A stretch of DNA of 63,483 nt, filler included, from Phoronis australis (GCA_002633005.1; 11 parts of 11 records of this genome joined end to end with filler, not necessarily neighbours in it), one strand, 5' to 3'. Counted from the first letter of the whole stretch, positions 13,376 to 26,368 are shown. Translations and numbers: made by a program. Notes: generated by a model not told the origin, from the letters alone.

Positions 13376-14417
13376 AACACTCATCATACAATCTATTACT
13401 ATATTTTCAGAAAAAATGCTTTTTGTATATTTTACTCATCATCAAGTACATCCGTTAAGCTAGGTCTTACCGCTGAGCATTGCGAGAATTAGTTGATAGC
13501 CCAGCAACACGCTACTAGTGCCACCGGGGCTAGCATGATAATCCTCCGGGGTAACCCGCCAACTGAAACTTATTTCTGGAACCGTCATTTGAGTGAAAAT
13601 ATACTCAAACCATGATTTCCAATAAAATGAAAGTTTTCTATCAATGAACTTTGACATTTTCAGCGTGTTTTGATCTTTCACAGTAACCATTCAACTATTC
13701 ATGAGATTTTCTGGCCACATGGTAGAAATTTCGGTTGCCAGCCACATTTTCTGAGTGCTACGACGATATCCTACTACATAACAAAATACTCACAGGCCAG
13801 TAATTGCAGTTTTGTCCATGTGTTTGTAATCACTCAAAATAATTAACCAAAATTTTGAGGTATTGTTAAGTATCTCTTATTTTTTCAATCATTAGGAAAA
13901 TCAAATGGAACAGTAAATACAGAAACATCAGCCCAGCTCCGCCTCGCGGCGGCCCGGCTGATCTCATTGCCAAGTTTGATCTATGAATTATTAATGTAGC
14001 GCTGACTGTAGACATGCTGACTGTATCGATATTCAATTTACAACTGGCTGTTATCATTAATTTATGAAATCGAGTGTTCTAACAATGAACCAACGAAGGT
14101 TCTTCAATCATTCAAGTCACCAGTAACAATTAGAACATTGCTTGAACTGGGTCGGTGCCTTCATAGACTATTGATAGTATCTATGGTGCCATTAGTGTAG
14201 GCGCACTGAAAATCCTATTTCATGTTATGGAATGTTTATAATAGCATGGACCTGATACATGTCCACGACAATACAACTACCCGATCTAAAATTCTTTTCT
14301 GAGAACCTCCTCACTATCGTCTCTACAACTATGCCTAGACAAACAGTTACACGTCAAGTGGAACCATGTGAACTACCGCTTGACAAGGTGAGTGACCACA
14401 CGACAATATAGGCCTAC

Positions 14418-14566
14418 CATGGGCGGCGCACCATAGGGGGCTACGTGGGCTACTATAACCCCCACTTTTTTTCTGTGCCACGACGCACATGGTCTATGGG
14501 GGATGCACCCCAGGGGGGCTGAGGGGGTTTTAGCCCCCCACTTTTTCTCAGTAGTGCGCCGCCCAA
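14418..14566. mobile_element. Short MITE (CATGGGCGGCGCA ends)
   Basis: CATGGGCGGCGCACCATAGGGGG...TGCGCCGCCCA, with a shorter copy at 16585-16652. Confidence 0.6.
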
Positions 14567-14977
14567 TAGCCACTGGCCGTAATGGCGTAATTCTCTTCGT
14601 ACCGCTCTGGGTAAAAAATTAACGAAACAAAACCAAAATTAAAAACAGACCACATTGTTGAGTAAGCAAAACTGGTTTTGAACAGTTTAAAGCCACTGTC
14701 GTCTGTCCGTTATTCTACAGCGAACGTCACTCAGTCATGTCCGATAGGAAGACGGGCACATTAAGTCGATATCTTTTTCCGCCGATTCTTGAATTATTTT
14801 CCTCCTTTCAATAAGTGGCGCGCGGTTGATTGGATATCTAAATACCAACGAACCGAGCACTTTTGCCGCTTCAGCGAACGTCACTTTGTCTCAACTATAC
14901 ATGTAAATTTTTGAACAAATGACGTTTGACTGATGCGCAAGTGTGGCGGGCTAGTGTATTATTTCAACGTCAAAAAC

Positions 14978-15113
14978 CAGTGGTGGATTTCGAAGGGGGG
15001 GAGGAGCCATGCCCCCTAAAAATTCTCACGCATTCCATTGGGCAGTTCGGGGTGCTGTCTGCCGGCAAAATCCTCTGCTCTATCCCCCCAACTCAAAATA
15101 CTAGATCCGCCAC
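14978..15113. mobile_element. Short hAT-like MITE related to 6260-6402
   Basis: CAGTGGTGGATTT...AGATCCGCCACT, flanked by AAAAAC on both sides. Confidence 0.6.
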
Positions 15114-16584
15114 TAAAAACAGTTTTTGTTACAAGCGTGGGAGCACGATGACTACTATCGACGGTCCTTTTTACATTAAGGTTTCAGATCTGTTTTTCGG
15201 GCACTCATGCTTCGGCATCAGTTTCATCAGTGAAGTGAGGCCGCAAGAGAGGTTTTCAGGCAATGATCATGCAGGTTCCGCTTTTATTAATTCTCGCATT
15301 AGAACGATTCTTAGCCACATCGTGAAAATCAGGCTTCGCCGTATAAATCAACTGCGCAAGCGCTTGACTAATAATTACTTGCTCATTCTCTCGCGACGCC
15401 CGCGCCAGGGAACTTTCCAGTTGTTTCCCCATCGCTCAACAGTAGTGCCACAGTTCACAACTCTACTCGCGGGGACACGTTCAGTAAAATCACGAGACTC
15501 ACCTCATTCTCGCTCCATATACCACAAGAAAACGTGTTCACTTTACTCTGCCGGATTGTCAGCTTAACTCCTGGCCGGACCGCGTGCAGCCATCAATGAA
15601 CGCGTCATAACCGGGGACTGTTTCCAAGGAAAATCTTTTCGGATCAAAAACAACTCCAATATAACATTGAACGAGATTTCCGATATATATTTCCGGGACA
15701 GTTACAAGTATCAGCTGATTGCAAAATTAACCAATCTTTTTCAAAACGTGACCCGCTGTGTTGTTTTGAAACGGTCCCCACTTCCATTAAGTGTGTTAAG
15801 ATTGATCATGTCAACACTCAGCTGTAGTGGGTCTCACGTGTATTTACCGCATGGCAATCTCGGACATATGTGCAACATCAATTTTCATTTTGAAATTGAG
15901 TGCTAAAACCTGGAATATTGAATCAAGTTGAAAAACGCAATGCAAAATTTAAAATTAAAAAACAAAACTTTGATAGTCAGTATTTCAAAGTCAATTAAAA
16001 TTGAATTATCAAAATTGCAATGCCCGCCCAAATAATTTGACGTTACTGCACAAAGTAATCGAAAGACGGACCGTGTTAAATATTTAGGGCACTGAGGACA
16101 TGTGCCTGCGGCCCCGCGCCTTCAGGGGCTCCACACCTTTAGGGTCCCCGTACCATCAAGAAAAGGTCGTAAAACTAAAACATGTTTTCAAAATACACAG
16201 CAATAATAGGATAAGTTAATCCGACAATACTGTATACAGTTTGAAATACGTCGGAGGCGCATGCAAGCGGGCCAGTTTTAAAGCATGTTGTGCGATACGG
16301 CTGTTCGAGAAATAAAACGAACCCCGCTATCAATAAACGAAACTAAATTAAGATGGCACACTGTTCTGCTTGCTGCGACCCCTGGATTGTATACGTGTAT
16401 GCGAGATTGTGCAACTATGCGCCTATTTACTTCGTAAGCCAACACTAACGTATTTTCTGATACAGATCCAGTCATGCAGATTATCTCCACATGAAGCAAC
16501 ATGCGGTACATTCAGACAACAACCATGATATTGCTTTTTACTAACCAGCATTGAAAACCAGTAATACCAAGCGACGCCAGCTTA

Positions 16585-16652
16585 CATGGGCGGCGCACCA
16601 TAGGGGGCTGCAGACTATAGCCCCCACTTTTTGCAGTGCTGCGCCGCCCATT
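16585..16652. mobile_element. Minimal copy of the CATGGGCGGCGCA MITE
   Basis: Same ends and the same CTATAGCCCCCACTTTTT core as 14418-14566. Confidence 0.55.
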
Positions 16653-19600
16653 TGTAAACCTGTTCTGCTTCCCTTTCTCTTAAACTGTCCCTGTTTTTGA
16701 GCGGACTCACATAAGTTGTCGATTTCCACCAATGAGCTATATATAATTTAGATAATTTATCGCATTGATTTCCACATGTTGACAGCCCACCCCGCGCGAG
16801 ACTCTCGTGGGCCAGATGGTCCCGCAACCGCGTGACTCACGTGCAGCGGTGTTCACACCGTGACATTTCATAATACTTTTATTACGGAGCAGTTCCTGGC
16901 GTGAAAAGATGTAATTTTACAGAATTAGCAGTAGCGTTCAACGTAACCCACAAGCTCCTCAGTCAGTCGCATGCTTTGACATTGAGTTAAAATCCACACT
17001 TTATATAGCGGAGTTATTAACAATACGCCTTGACGTGTGGCAAAGATAATGGGGAGAATTGGGGATAAAAAAATCATAAAAACACAACAGATGTTTTTGT
17101 TTAAGCTCCAGCCAAATCTGACAACTTCAAGAAGTGTATTTCCTCCCAAAACGCGTTTTTCGATCGTAAAACCGACAATGTCTCTCTAAGTATTGTGATA
17201 AATTGAAATCGTCGTTCCACGTTCTGCGCCCTATTTCCACAAGAACATACCTCGAGCACTCGAACAGAAAAATGGAGATAAGAACAGGCGAGTCGTCTTC
17301 TTGCCAGTATATTCGGCCGAGCTTAGTGAGTGGCTGCGCAGTGAACCAAAGTGTCCGTCGTCAGAGAATTACGGTCGCCTTTGTTTCAATGAACGAAAAA
17401 AAAAGGAAATGACGAGTGTTGAACGCATCCTTAAGAATACGCTATCAGTTTAGACCATCTTCCTCCTAAAAGGGCCGTTTTGACATTCGACGAAGAAAAC
17501 AATTCTAAACCGCCCATTAAATCTTGCTTTACTTTGTTTAGTTTTATGCTGATCGATCGCAATTTCCCATCAATTTCATTCTCATACCTACATTATAGAA
17601 AGTTCAATTTACATAAATTACCGCGTAAAATATACCAAGAGAAAGCCGGTGTTTTGCGTCAACTATAGGCGCGCCCGGCTTACGGAACTGAATTCATAGC
17701 TTTTTAATGAATCAGAGTGCTCAATTGTATCCATTTTAAATGGTTAAAACTCCTCATTCCTGTCAGGATCTAGCTGTTAAAGAAATGAGATGACGTCATC
17801 AGTCGTAGCACACTGACTCAACGAGCACTCACACTGACAGCTCATTCATTTTGTTAAAGTCGGGCGAAACTGGGGAGCGGGGGGGTGGGAGGAGTACTTC
17901 CCTTACTCGTAAAATCAAGCATTTAAATCAACAGTGAACCAGTTGACCGACACACAAGCTGATCGAAGATAGCAATGAATGGCCTTGAAAACCATAACAA
18001 CAGAACTAGTTGAACAGGCAGCTGCCATAACATCTTTCGCCGCGAGACGTACCTTATCGTGAGGTCTAATGTACCTCAGAAGTGCTTTTGTTGTTTCAGA
18101 GAATATCAAGTTTGCTGTTTTAACATATTCCTAGGCAAAAGTAGAACCATGAATACAATAAGAAAGACCTGCCATGACTTCGCTTGATTTTTGTTGTCTC
18201 CAGACCTATAAGAATGGAACCAGGATTGTAGTCTCCGAGATGCATGGTAAATAAGTGTGGAAAAATGCAGATTGACAACTTCACGACATGTCACGTCTGT
18301 GTCTACTACACTTAACTGTGGCCTATGTTAGGGAGTGACACTGAGGCTTAGCCTCCTCTTTGCCAACCTTGTATCTCCAAGTTTTAGGGAGTGACACTGA
18401 GTGGCCTCCTCTTTGTGAACCTTGTATCACCAAGTTCCAACCTGCCAGTAAAACTCACTCCCGTCCTCATATTGAACATAAACAGGAAGAACATTTATGA
18501 CATTTATTTTTCATGTATACATCCACGTAAGGCTAATTAGGCCAAGAAGTCAAAACACCAATGTACCATAGGATACTAACAGCGTGTCAATGAGCCATAC
18601 AAGTATGACACCCCTTACTGATGGCTGACAAGCATATTTTATTTCACTGAAATTCTTTCCTACACATTTCACCATCCTACAGTTTCTTGAACAAGGATAG
18701 GTCCCAACCCAAACATCAAATTATTCAAATAATGTTCTCCCTAACACGAGCATATAACATTTTCACAGAAAACGCTTTTCAAGAATGAAAGTACAATAGA
18801 GTGACACAAGTCATAGTGTGAGGTTGCGCCCTAAGCAAGACACAAACATTGATAAGAACAAGTCTAGGAGTAAGTAGCCAACCAAAGAGGTAACGGGACA
18901 TCTAGGATTCTGGACTATCCAGAAATGTAGCAGCACCAGTTCATCTTAACAGAAGCAAAACACAAATAAAATTGAGCGATTCAAATCCATTCTGCAGTTT
19001 TCACCAAAAATCTCGAAGGAGGACCAGTCATGAACATGCCATCTATTGTTACTAGTAGCTACTAATATAACACCTAAATCTTTGGTTATTACAAAATTAC
19101 GACTTGTCATCACAAAAAATCCACTCTTCACCAACTGCTTAATGCCCTGTAACTCCAGCGCTAGGTAAGTGCCTATGTAAGCTCAGCGCTAGGATTCAGT
19201 AAGTGCCTATGCAGCCATGGGACAAATGAGAATATAGTTAGTTACAACTGCAACCCGTGAACTCAAAACAGCCAATAAACACAGCTTGATCATAATGTAA
19301 TCTTGTAAAATTAAGAGCATTATATCACAACATCAAAACAAAATCTGAAACAAGACAAAAACACTTATTTAAACAGAAATGCTACCTTTTTAAAGGTATG
19401 TTTGGTCAAACCTTAATTTCTATAAAAACATAACAATGCTTTAAAACCAGAATTGTGACAGTGTGAACAGGTCACACAATACAAACAATGTGATGACTGG
19501 CAGTTGTATTGTGCGTTTATGGCACAATTATTCAAGACAAAGGCCAATAAATAAGTAATGCAGTTGGGATTGAAAATCAGCAGGTGTCTTGTCGATACAG

Positions 19601-19852
19601 TTAAAATGATCACACCTTGCATGGATTGGTCAACATTTTCAAAACTTGCTCTCTGCATGACTTCTGGTTTGACGGATTTCTTGTTTTATTGATTACATCA
19701 ACAATAGAACCTGGGTGAATAAGTACAAAATACTTTTCATCAAGAACAATATTGACCAAAAAGGTAACATTCCTGTCTAAAGATGGCGCTGAAGGCACAT
19801 GATGTCCATGCTTCAGCTTACATTCTCATCACATCCAAAATGGCCGCCAGTA

Positions 19853-20010
19853 TGTCAGTTAACATGACAACCGGTGTTTCAGTTAACAGGACCACAAGTA
19901 TTTCAGCTAACATGGCCACCAGTGTTTCAGCTAACATGGCCACCAGTGTTTCAGCTAACATGGCCACCAGTGTTTCAGTTAACATGGCCACCAGTGTTTC
20001 AGTTAACATG
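19853..20010. repeat. 24-bp tandem repeat downstream of the ubiquilin stop (probable 3' UTR)
   Basis: AACATGGCCACCAGTGTTTCAGCT, ~6 copies. Confidence 0.9.
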
Positions 20011-20396
20011 CTCATGTTCCAAACCAAATCCAAGGATAGTACAGATGATGGAGTTAGAAAGAACTTTGTTATGATATTGCTGTGCAGTATAATGTATAAC
20101 AACTCGTTAACATGACACATAAATAGCTGGCCAATTTCATGAGTATCTCCACAGACCAAATGTTAAAATGTAACCAGGACAACAAACACAAGGAGTAAAC
20201 ATAACATACTTAAAGTTTTCAAAGTTGATGAGAATTCAAGCACGTACAGAGTAAACCAGTGCTAACAATGATTTCCCCATTTAACTTTAAGTCTCCACAA
20301 TAGAAATATGAAGATTGCTAAAAGTTGTATCACTGCTCATCATAATACATGACTGCTGCTTGTGTCACGCCCAATCATCTAGTTTGTCCATTGACA

Positions 20397-20464
20397 CTAC
20401 AATCCACCCATCGTCAGTAAGCGCTCTATTGCACCGTTAAGATCCCCTCCCGACGACGTTAACG
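20397..20464 (-). CDS. UBQLN1: Ubiquilin, last coding exon (end of UBA domain)
   Basis: cttacag|CG TTA...TTG TAG. Encodes (A)LTSSGGDLNGAIERLLTMGGL*. Phase matches the upstream exon. Confidence 0.9.
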
Positions 20465-20789
20465 CTGTAAGAAATAAAAATACCGGTAATGGTAACATTG
20501 TTACATTCTCACTCAAATGCTTCAATTGAATATCATAAGTATTAATCTTAATTTATGAAGAACTTTCATCACTACAGAATCAGTTTATTGAGACAGACTC
20601 ACAACAGCACCAGTTTATTGAGACAGACTAACTCTTAAACAACACAGTCAGTTTGAGTCTTCAACACATAACCAACAATCAGAGTAGAGAGTGGATAGTC
20701 TACAACACTGACAACTGCTGACCTGGAAATCACTTCAACTCAAACAGGCAATGTCTGTATATCCACCATTAGAGCTACAGTTGTTACCA

Positions 20790-21423
20790 GTTGCTGACTC
20801 ACCCTGTACTAAGACATCAATAGGGGTTTAGTTCCTGACTCACCCTGTACTAAGACACCAATAGAGGTTTAGTTCCTGACTCGCCTTGTATTAAGACACC
20901 AATAGGGGTTTAGTTCCTGACTCACCTTGTACTAAGACACCAATAGGGGTTTAGTTGCTGACTCACCCTGTACTAAGACACCAATAGGGGTTTAGTTGCT
21001 GACTCACCCTGTACTAAGACACCAATAGGGGTTTAGTTGCTGACTCACCCTGTACTAAGACACCAATAGGGATTTAGTTGCTGACTCACCCTGTACTAAG
21101 ACACCAATAGGAGTTTAGTTGCTGACTCACCCTGTACTAAGACACCAATAGGGGTTTAGTTGCTGACTCACCCTGTACTAAGACACCAATAGGGGTTTAG
21201 TTGCTGACTCACCCTGTACTAAGACACCAATAGGGATTTAGTTGCTGACTCACCCTGTACTAAGACACCAATAGGAGTTTAGTTGCTGACTCACCCTGTA
21301 CTAAGACACCAATAGGGGTTTAGTTGCTGACTCACCATGTACTAAGACACCAATAGGGGTTTAGTTGCTGACTCACCCTGTACAAAGACACCAATAGGGG
21401 TTTAATTCCTGACTCACCCTGTA
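20790..21423. repeat. 41-bp minisatellite containing the ubiquilin splice donor, ~15 copies
   Basis: GTTGCTGACTCACCCTGTACTAAGACACCAATAGGGGTTTA. Confidence 0.95.
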
Positions 21424-21502
21424 TGTTCAGTTCCCTGTCCATGAAGCCCATGGCTGCCAACTGCTCTAACTGAGCAGCAAACCTCTGTTCTGGAGGTTGA
21501 TT
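21418..21502 (-). CDS. UBQLN1: Ubiquilin exon (start of UBA domain)
   Basis: ttatag|AAT...CAG G|gtgagt. Encodes NQPPEQRFAAQLEQLAAMGFMDRELNIQ with the UBA MGF motif. Confidence 0.92.
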
Positions 21503-21858
21503 CTATAAAAATATATGTATATATACAAGCAGACAAGAAACTATTGCATATTATGTGTCATTAAATGACAACTGAAGATGCAGCACAATGTTTTTGTAAA
21601 AATACAAAGCAGCCTCAGATGGCAATTTCAAAAACTGTCAATTTTTAGACTTTTTGAACTATAACATTTCAGACAGTATTTATTTAAAATTAAATTAAAA
21701 TTTCCCGATTACCACAAAAGAAAGAAGAGATTCATTTATTTTATTCACCTTCAGACATCCCAAAAGTCCACCATTATTGCAAAAATATAAAAAATGTGAA
21801 AATATGTCAAACAATGGATTAAATGTTCATTTGCTTCCTTTCATCTCCATGCAGTCAC

Positions 21859-22098
21859 CATGGCAACATGTAGTGAGGGTGTCCAACTGACTCATGACAA
21901 CATGTAATGGGGGTGTCCAACTGACTCATGACAACATGTAGTCAGGGTGTCCAACTGACTCATGGCAACATGTAGTGAGAGTGTCCAACTGACTCATGGC
22001 AACATGTAGTGAGAGTGTCCAACTGACTCATGACAACATGTAGTGAGGGTGTCCAACTGACTCATGACAACATGTAATGGGGGTGTCCAACAGACTCA
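21859..22098. repeat. 34-bp minisatellite, ~7 copies
   Basis: CATGACAACATGTAGTGAGGGTGTCCAACTGACT. Confidence 0.92.
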
Positions 22099-22422
22099 GA
22101 TAAAAAAGAGAACACCAAGAAAGATAATTTATTATGAAAGAAATTTAATTTCATTCTCATCATCCACCCCTTCTAATCCAACAAAATTTGAAATTAAATC
22201 AAGTGAAATCCCTACCTACACTAGAGGGGTGTATGACAGACGTATGCAAATGTTGGAAATATTGTTTTAACCAAGCACATTGTTTCAGAAAGGTTTCCCT
22301 CAAAAATTACAACCAGTGAACTTCCATCAATTTGCAAAACATTTTGAACTTTCATTGAAATTTTGAGCAAGTCAAGATTATGGACAAAATAAAGAAATCA
22401 GTCCCTTCTCACACCACGTGCT

Positions 22423-22538
22423 CAGTAAACAATAAACCTTATTGTATAAACATGTGATTTTGCCCAGTAAACAATAAACCTTATTGTATAAACATGTGAT
22501 TTTGCCCAGTAAACAATAAACCTTACTGTATAAACATG
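22423..22538. repeat. 42-bp tandem repeat, ~2.7 copies
   Basis: CAGTAAACAATAAACCTTATTGTATAAACATGTGATTTTGCC. Confidence 0.85.
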
Positions 22539-22694
22539 GATAACAAAACATCATGAACCAAGAGACATAGTAATATGAACGATGAGGTCAGAGGTCAGAA
22601 CAATCTGTGATTGTATAATAAAACAACACTGGAGCAACCCTTCAACTGATGTATATCGTGCCAGGAGTCACTAGGTGTCACTAGTAATACTTAC

Positions 22695-22866
22695 TATGGT
22701 TCCATTTCCCATCATGCGCACCATCTGAGCCATGAGGTTACTATACTGCTGATTGGCCGATGTTGTTGACGATGTAGTTGTCGTGGTAACAGGAGTTGTG
22801 GTGGCGGTCGGTGCAGTGGAAGAGGGAGTAGTTGAAGAGGTAGAAGGGGGTGGGTTCACACCAAGC
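22695..22866 (-). CDS. UBQLN1: Ubiquilin exon (Thr/Ser-rich linker)
   Basis: tttcag|G CTT...ATA|gtaagt, 172 nt. Encodes LGVNPPPSTSSTT...SNLMAQMVRMMGNGTI. Phase 2-0 fits both neighbours. Confidence 0.85.
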
Positions 22867-23014
22867 CTGAAACATGAAACATTGAAAAACATTCAGGTCT
22901 CCTTAATAATGACACACCAAAACTATTAAGGTGAAACTTTCTAAAACATTCAGGCATCTCCAATAGCAACAAACACAACACAAATTCCTGAATGAAATCT
23001 CGAAACAAAACTTA

Positions 23015-24659
23015 CTGTATTTGCCCTACTAACCGCCCATGCCCTTATAGGCACCCCCCACGCGATTTCAGACTTTGCTAAAATAAGCGCCCAGCCCATG
23101 AACGTGTACATGAGAAAAATGCCTTACCTACAATCCTAAAATTCTAAAGTAACGTCTTCAATTTATCAATAATATCCGACAGTCCTAAAAAAATCATTGT
23201 ACGCAGAATTTGTAGACCACGAGCCTCGCCGCTATGTTGCTATTTAGCCGTGACTACACACTTCAAAATTCTGCTGTGCCTCAAAACGAACACCAATTTA
23301 AAGTTTTGCTGATATTGCGAGGAATGTGTCCCACTATGGTTTGGCCTTTCAAACAGATGTAGTGTACTTGTCAACACGATTGTATTGCACATATGTTCCA
23401 CCCTCAACAGGAATTTCTTAGTACACTTGAAAACCGCTTATCGTTTGAAAAACTAGGCCAGTGTTAATAGCACGTGGCCAGGAAGTGAGCGCTACATACA
23501 TGTACCGGTCATCAAAGACATTAGTCGGGAACTATCCATTAATGAAACAGGTAGCATAGCATCGGTAAGAAATGAATATTGGCACTGATTTACGACACTT
23601 TCTAATACTATGAAAAATGTTTGCTTTATTTTTAAGAGGGATTGTTTGATTAATCATAATTGGTGTTTCTAAGCCAAATATCCAATAAAATGACCACTGA
23701 CAGTGAGTGCTTACACACCCTTACACTGAAAAATAACTGTCAGATAGAGACGTGTGCATCCGGCAGCCACACGGCGACTACTATGGGCCTTACTGAGACA
23801 AATGTCAAAACGTTTTTAGCACGAGACTGGCAAGTGCTGAATGAAACACGTTCTGCTCTATTAGGCCTACTGCTTGTGTTATCTTCTTTAGATACAATGC
23901 ACATCTAGCTCGTTAGATTGCGTTTACTCTGGCAAATGAACTCTGGTGACATGCAAGCGCTCCCTTACACATGTAGACAAACTTCAAAACAAACGTCACA
24001 TGACAACGCGTGTGTTCGTCTAGAGATTTTTCTGGTGTTGCCGATCATAGATGGCAAGATGTAGCACAGATTTGTACTTAATCAGCCGTTAATCCTGACT
24101 GCAGGGGAACTTAAAAGTCTTAGAGACAATATTTGGAAAACTCAAGGATTTCAGGTAATTTTCTTGAGTCGAAACTGTATTTTTATTCAAGCATTCAAGT
24201 CGCCATATCGACAGTTCCGAGGCAGTCAGTCGGCGAGTTTTCACCCTGGGATTTCAGCACAATTTTCTGTAAAATAATCCTATTTTAACAGCAAAGTTTG
24301 AAAGCAATGCACTGCAATTTTGTAGAAAGTCTGTCATAGGTTACAGATACATCACAGAGCGTAAATATGATGAATCTTATCATCCGATTTCACCCATTTC
24401 GGAGACCAGGCGTGCGTTCAGTAACGCTAGGACCTACGCTAGAACCTACACTAGGACCTAGCTAAAATCTAACCAAAGTCACATGCTCTTATTCAAAATA
24501 CACGGCAATATCTCACGTAATCCCACGAAGTCTTGCTTTTTAAAGAGGTCCTAGCGCTACTGAATGGGAGGCGGGTTTCAACCGCCTTAAGTTTCAATAA
24601 GCGCACCCCTGGAAACAAATTATTATAAGCGCCCTGAGCGGTTTTTAGGGCAAATACGG
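23015..24659 (+). mobile_element. Same TA-flanked family, copy 2, in a ubiquilin intron
   Basis: TIRs CTGTATTTGCCCTA... and ...TAGGGCAAATACGG. Colinear with 1417-2865 and carries a nested insertion. Confidence 0.85.
24409..24572. mobile_element. Small MITE nested in copy 2
   Basis: Absent from copies 1 and 3. Inverted ends TTCAGTAACGCTAGGACCT and AGGTCCTAGCGCTACTGAA. Confidence 0.7.
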
Positions 24660-25000
24660 TTACGTAGCTAACATTGAATAAGCTTGTTGGGACACATCCT
24701 AATTTAACAGTTTTTTCAATCTTTAATTTCATTGGATGCTTATGAACCATGCTTGAACAGATTGTTGCCAGAGATGTAAATCAAGGTTGTCAAAAAATCC
24801 CAAATAAGCCTGCTGGACCAGTCACTTTTTTCAACATTTGTGTGTTGGTTTTACCCAGGTGTGGTGGATCAAACCTCACGGTGTGATAGATTGTCATAAT
24901 TTGCGAAATCAATGATGGGTGTCTGATAAGAGTTACAGATTTGTCCAAAAACTACAGATTGAAAGACTGTCTACCATATGAATGTCTAAAATATTATTTC

Positions 25001-25200
25001 TACAGTAACCCTGGTAACATAGGTTATTTATACAATTACCCTGGTAACATAGATTACTGATACAGTTACCTTGGTAACAGAGATTATTTATACAGTTACC
25101 CTGGTAACAGAGATTATTTTTACAGTTACCCTGGTAACACAGACTATTTATACAGTTACCCTGGTAACAGAGATTATTAATACAGTTACCCTGGTAACAG
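25001..25200. repeat. 30-bp minisatellite containing a ubiquilin splice donor, ~7 copies
   Basis: TACAGTTACCCTGGTAACAGAGATTATTTA. Confidence 0.93.
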
Positions 25201-25305
25201 ATTGGGTGCCTCTCTTTGTAGTGTTGCCATTCCTTGGTTGATCTGCATCATGGCCTCCATTGCACGAGGGTTGGAGAGCGCACTCTGGACATCAGGGTTT
25301 TGGAT
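25190..25305 (-). CDS. UBQLN1: Ubiquilin exon (STI1 region)
   Basis: ttacag|ATC...CCA GG|gtaact. Encodes [38 protein letters not shown]. Confidence 0.92.
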
Positions 25306-25978
25306 CTGTAATATGTACACACAGTGTAGATGAAAAATGCAGGTTTCTGCTACATTAGTTCTGGGTGAAAAGTGCATCTGTCAATCAAGAAGTGTTTACA
25401 CTGAACTATCAAATATACTCAAAAACAAAATTCCATGCTCACTAGGTGGAGCTAACAACTGAGCAGACTGAAAACAGTTGATCAACACAGGGACGCTTAA
25501 GGAATAAGACACCCACTTGATTACCTGAATGGAAAAGAGACACACATGTGACTACTTCAAAGGGATAAGGGGCCCATTTGACTATTTAAATGAATTAAGG
25601 ACACCCAAGTGATTACACGAATGGGATAAGGGGTCATGACATAGTTACCTTCAGTGTTGGCTGACCTTGCAAATACAAATATATATTACAACAATAGACC
25701 AATTGCGAGTTTCCCAAGCACAGGAAGTGGAACATCACAACCATGTGGTATAACCCGAGGTCTACAGTCCTATATGTGGAAGTGGGACATTGCAATTTCT
25801 TTGTATAACACAAAGTCTACAGCACTGCATGCAGAAAACTAACTGGAGATCAAATCTCAGGTCAATTGTTGATTTGCAGTAGCAGATAAACACCAAAATG
25901 GTAAAGGAAATGGGGCTTGCCATGTCACATAACATTTATTGATAACACTGGCATAGGGTGGTCAAATAGAGAGGTGAC

Positions 25979-26368
25979 GTGCACAGGAGGGTGAGTGAGA
26001 GCCTTGTGCAGAGGAGGGTGTGTGAGGGCAGGTGCACAGGAGGGTGAGTGAGGGGCCTGTGCACAGGAGGGTGAGTGAGGGGTCTGTGCACAGGAGGGTG
26101 AGTGAGGGGCCTGTGCACAAGAGGGTGAGTGAGGGGCCTGTCCACAAGAGGGTGAGTGAGGGTCCTGTGCACAGGAGGGTGAGTGAGGGCCCTGTCCACA
26201 CGAGGGTGAATGAGGGTGCTGTGCACAGGAGGGTGAGTGAGGGTCCTGTGCATAGGAGGGTGAGTCAAGGTCCTGAGCATAGGAGGATGGGTGAGGGTAA
26301 TGAGCACAGGAGGCAGAGAGTAAGGGCCCTGCGCACAGGAGGGCAAGTGAGGGCCCTGTGCACAGGAG
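25979..26368. repeat. 27-bp G-rich minisatellite, ~14 copies
   Basis: GTGCACAGGAGGGTGAGTGAGGGGCCT. Confidence 0.92.

Noticed and set aside
14926-15567. 213-aa ORF
   Set aside because: Non-ATG start, runs through a MITE and has no recognisable domain.
19783-20159. ORFs with MATSVSAN or LAETLVAM repeats
   Set aside because: Open on both strands only because of a 24-bp tandem repeat, and located downstream of the ubiquilin stop.
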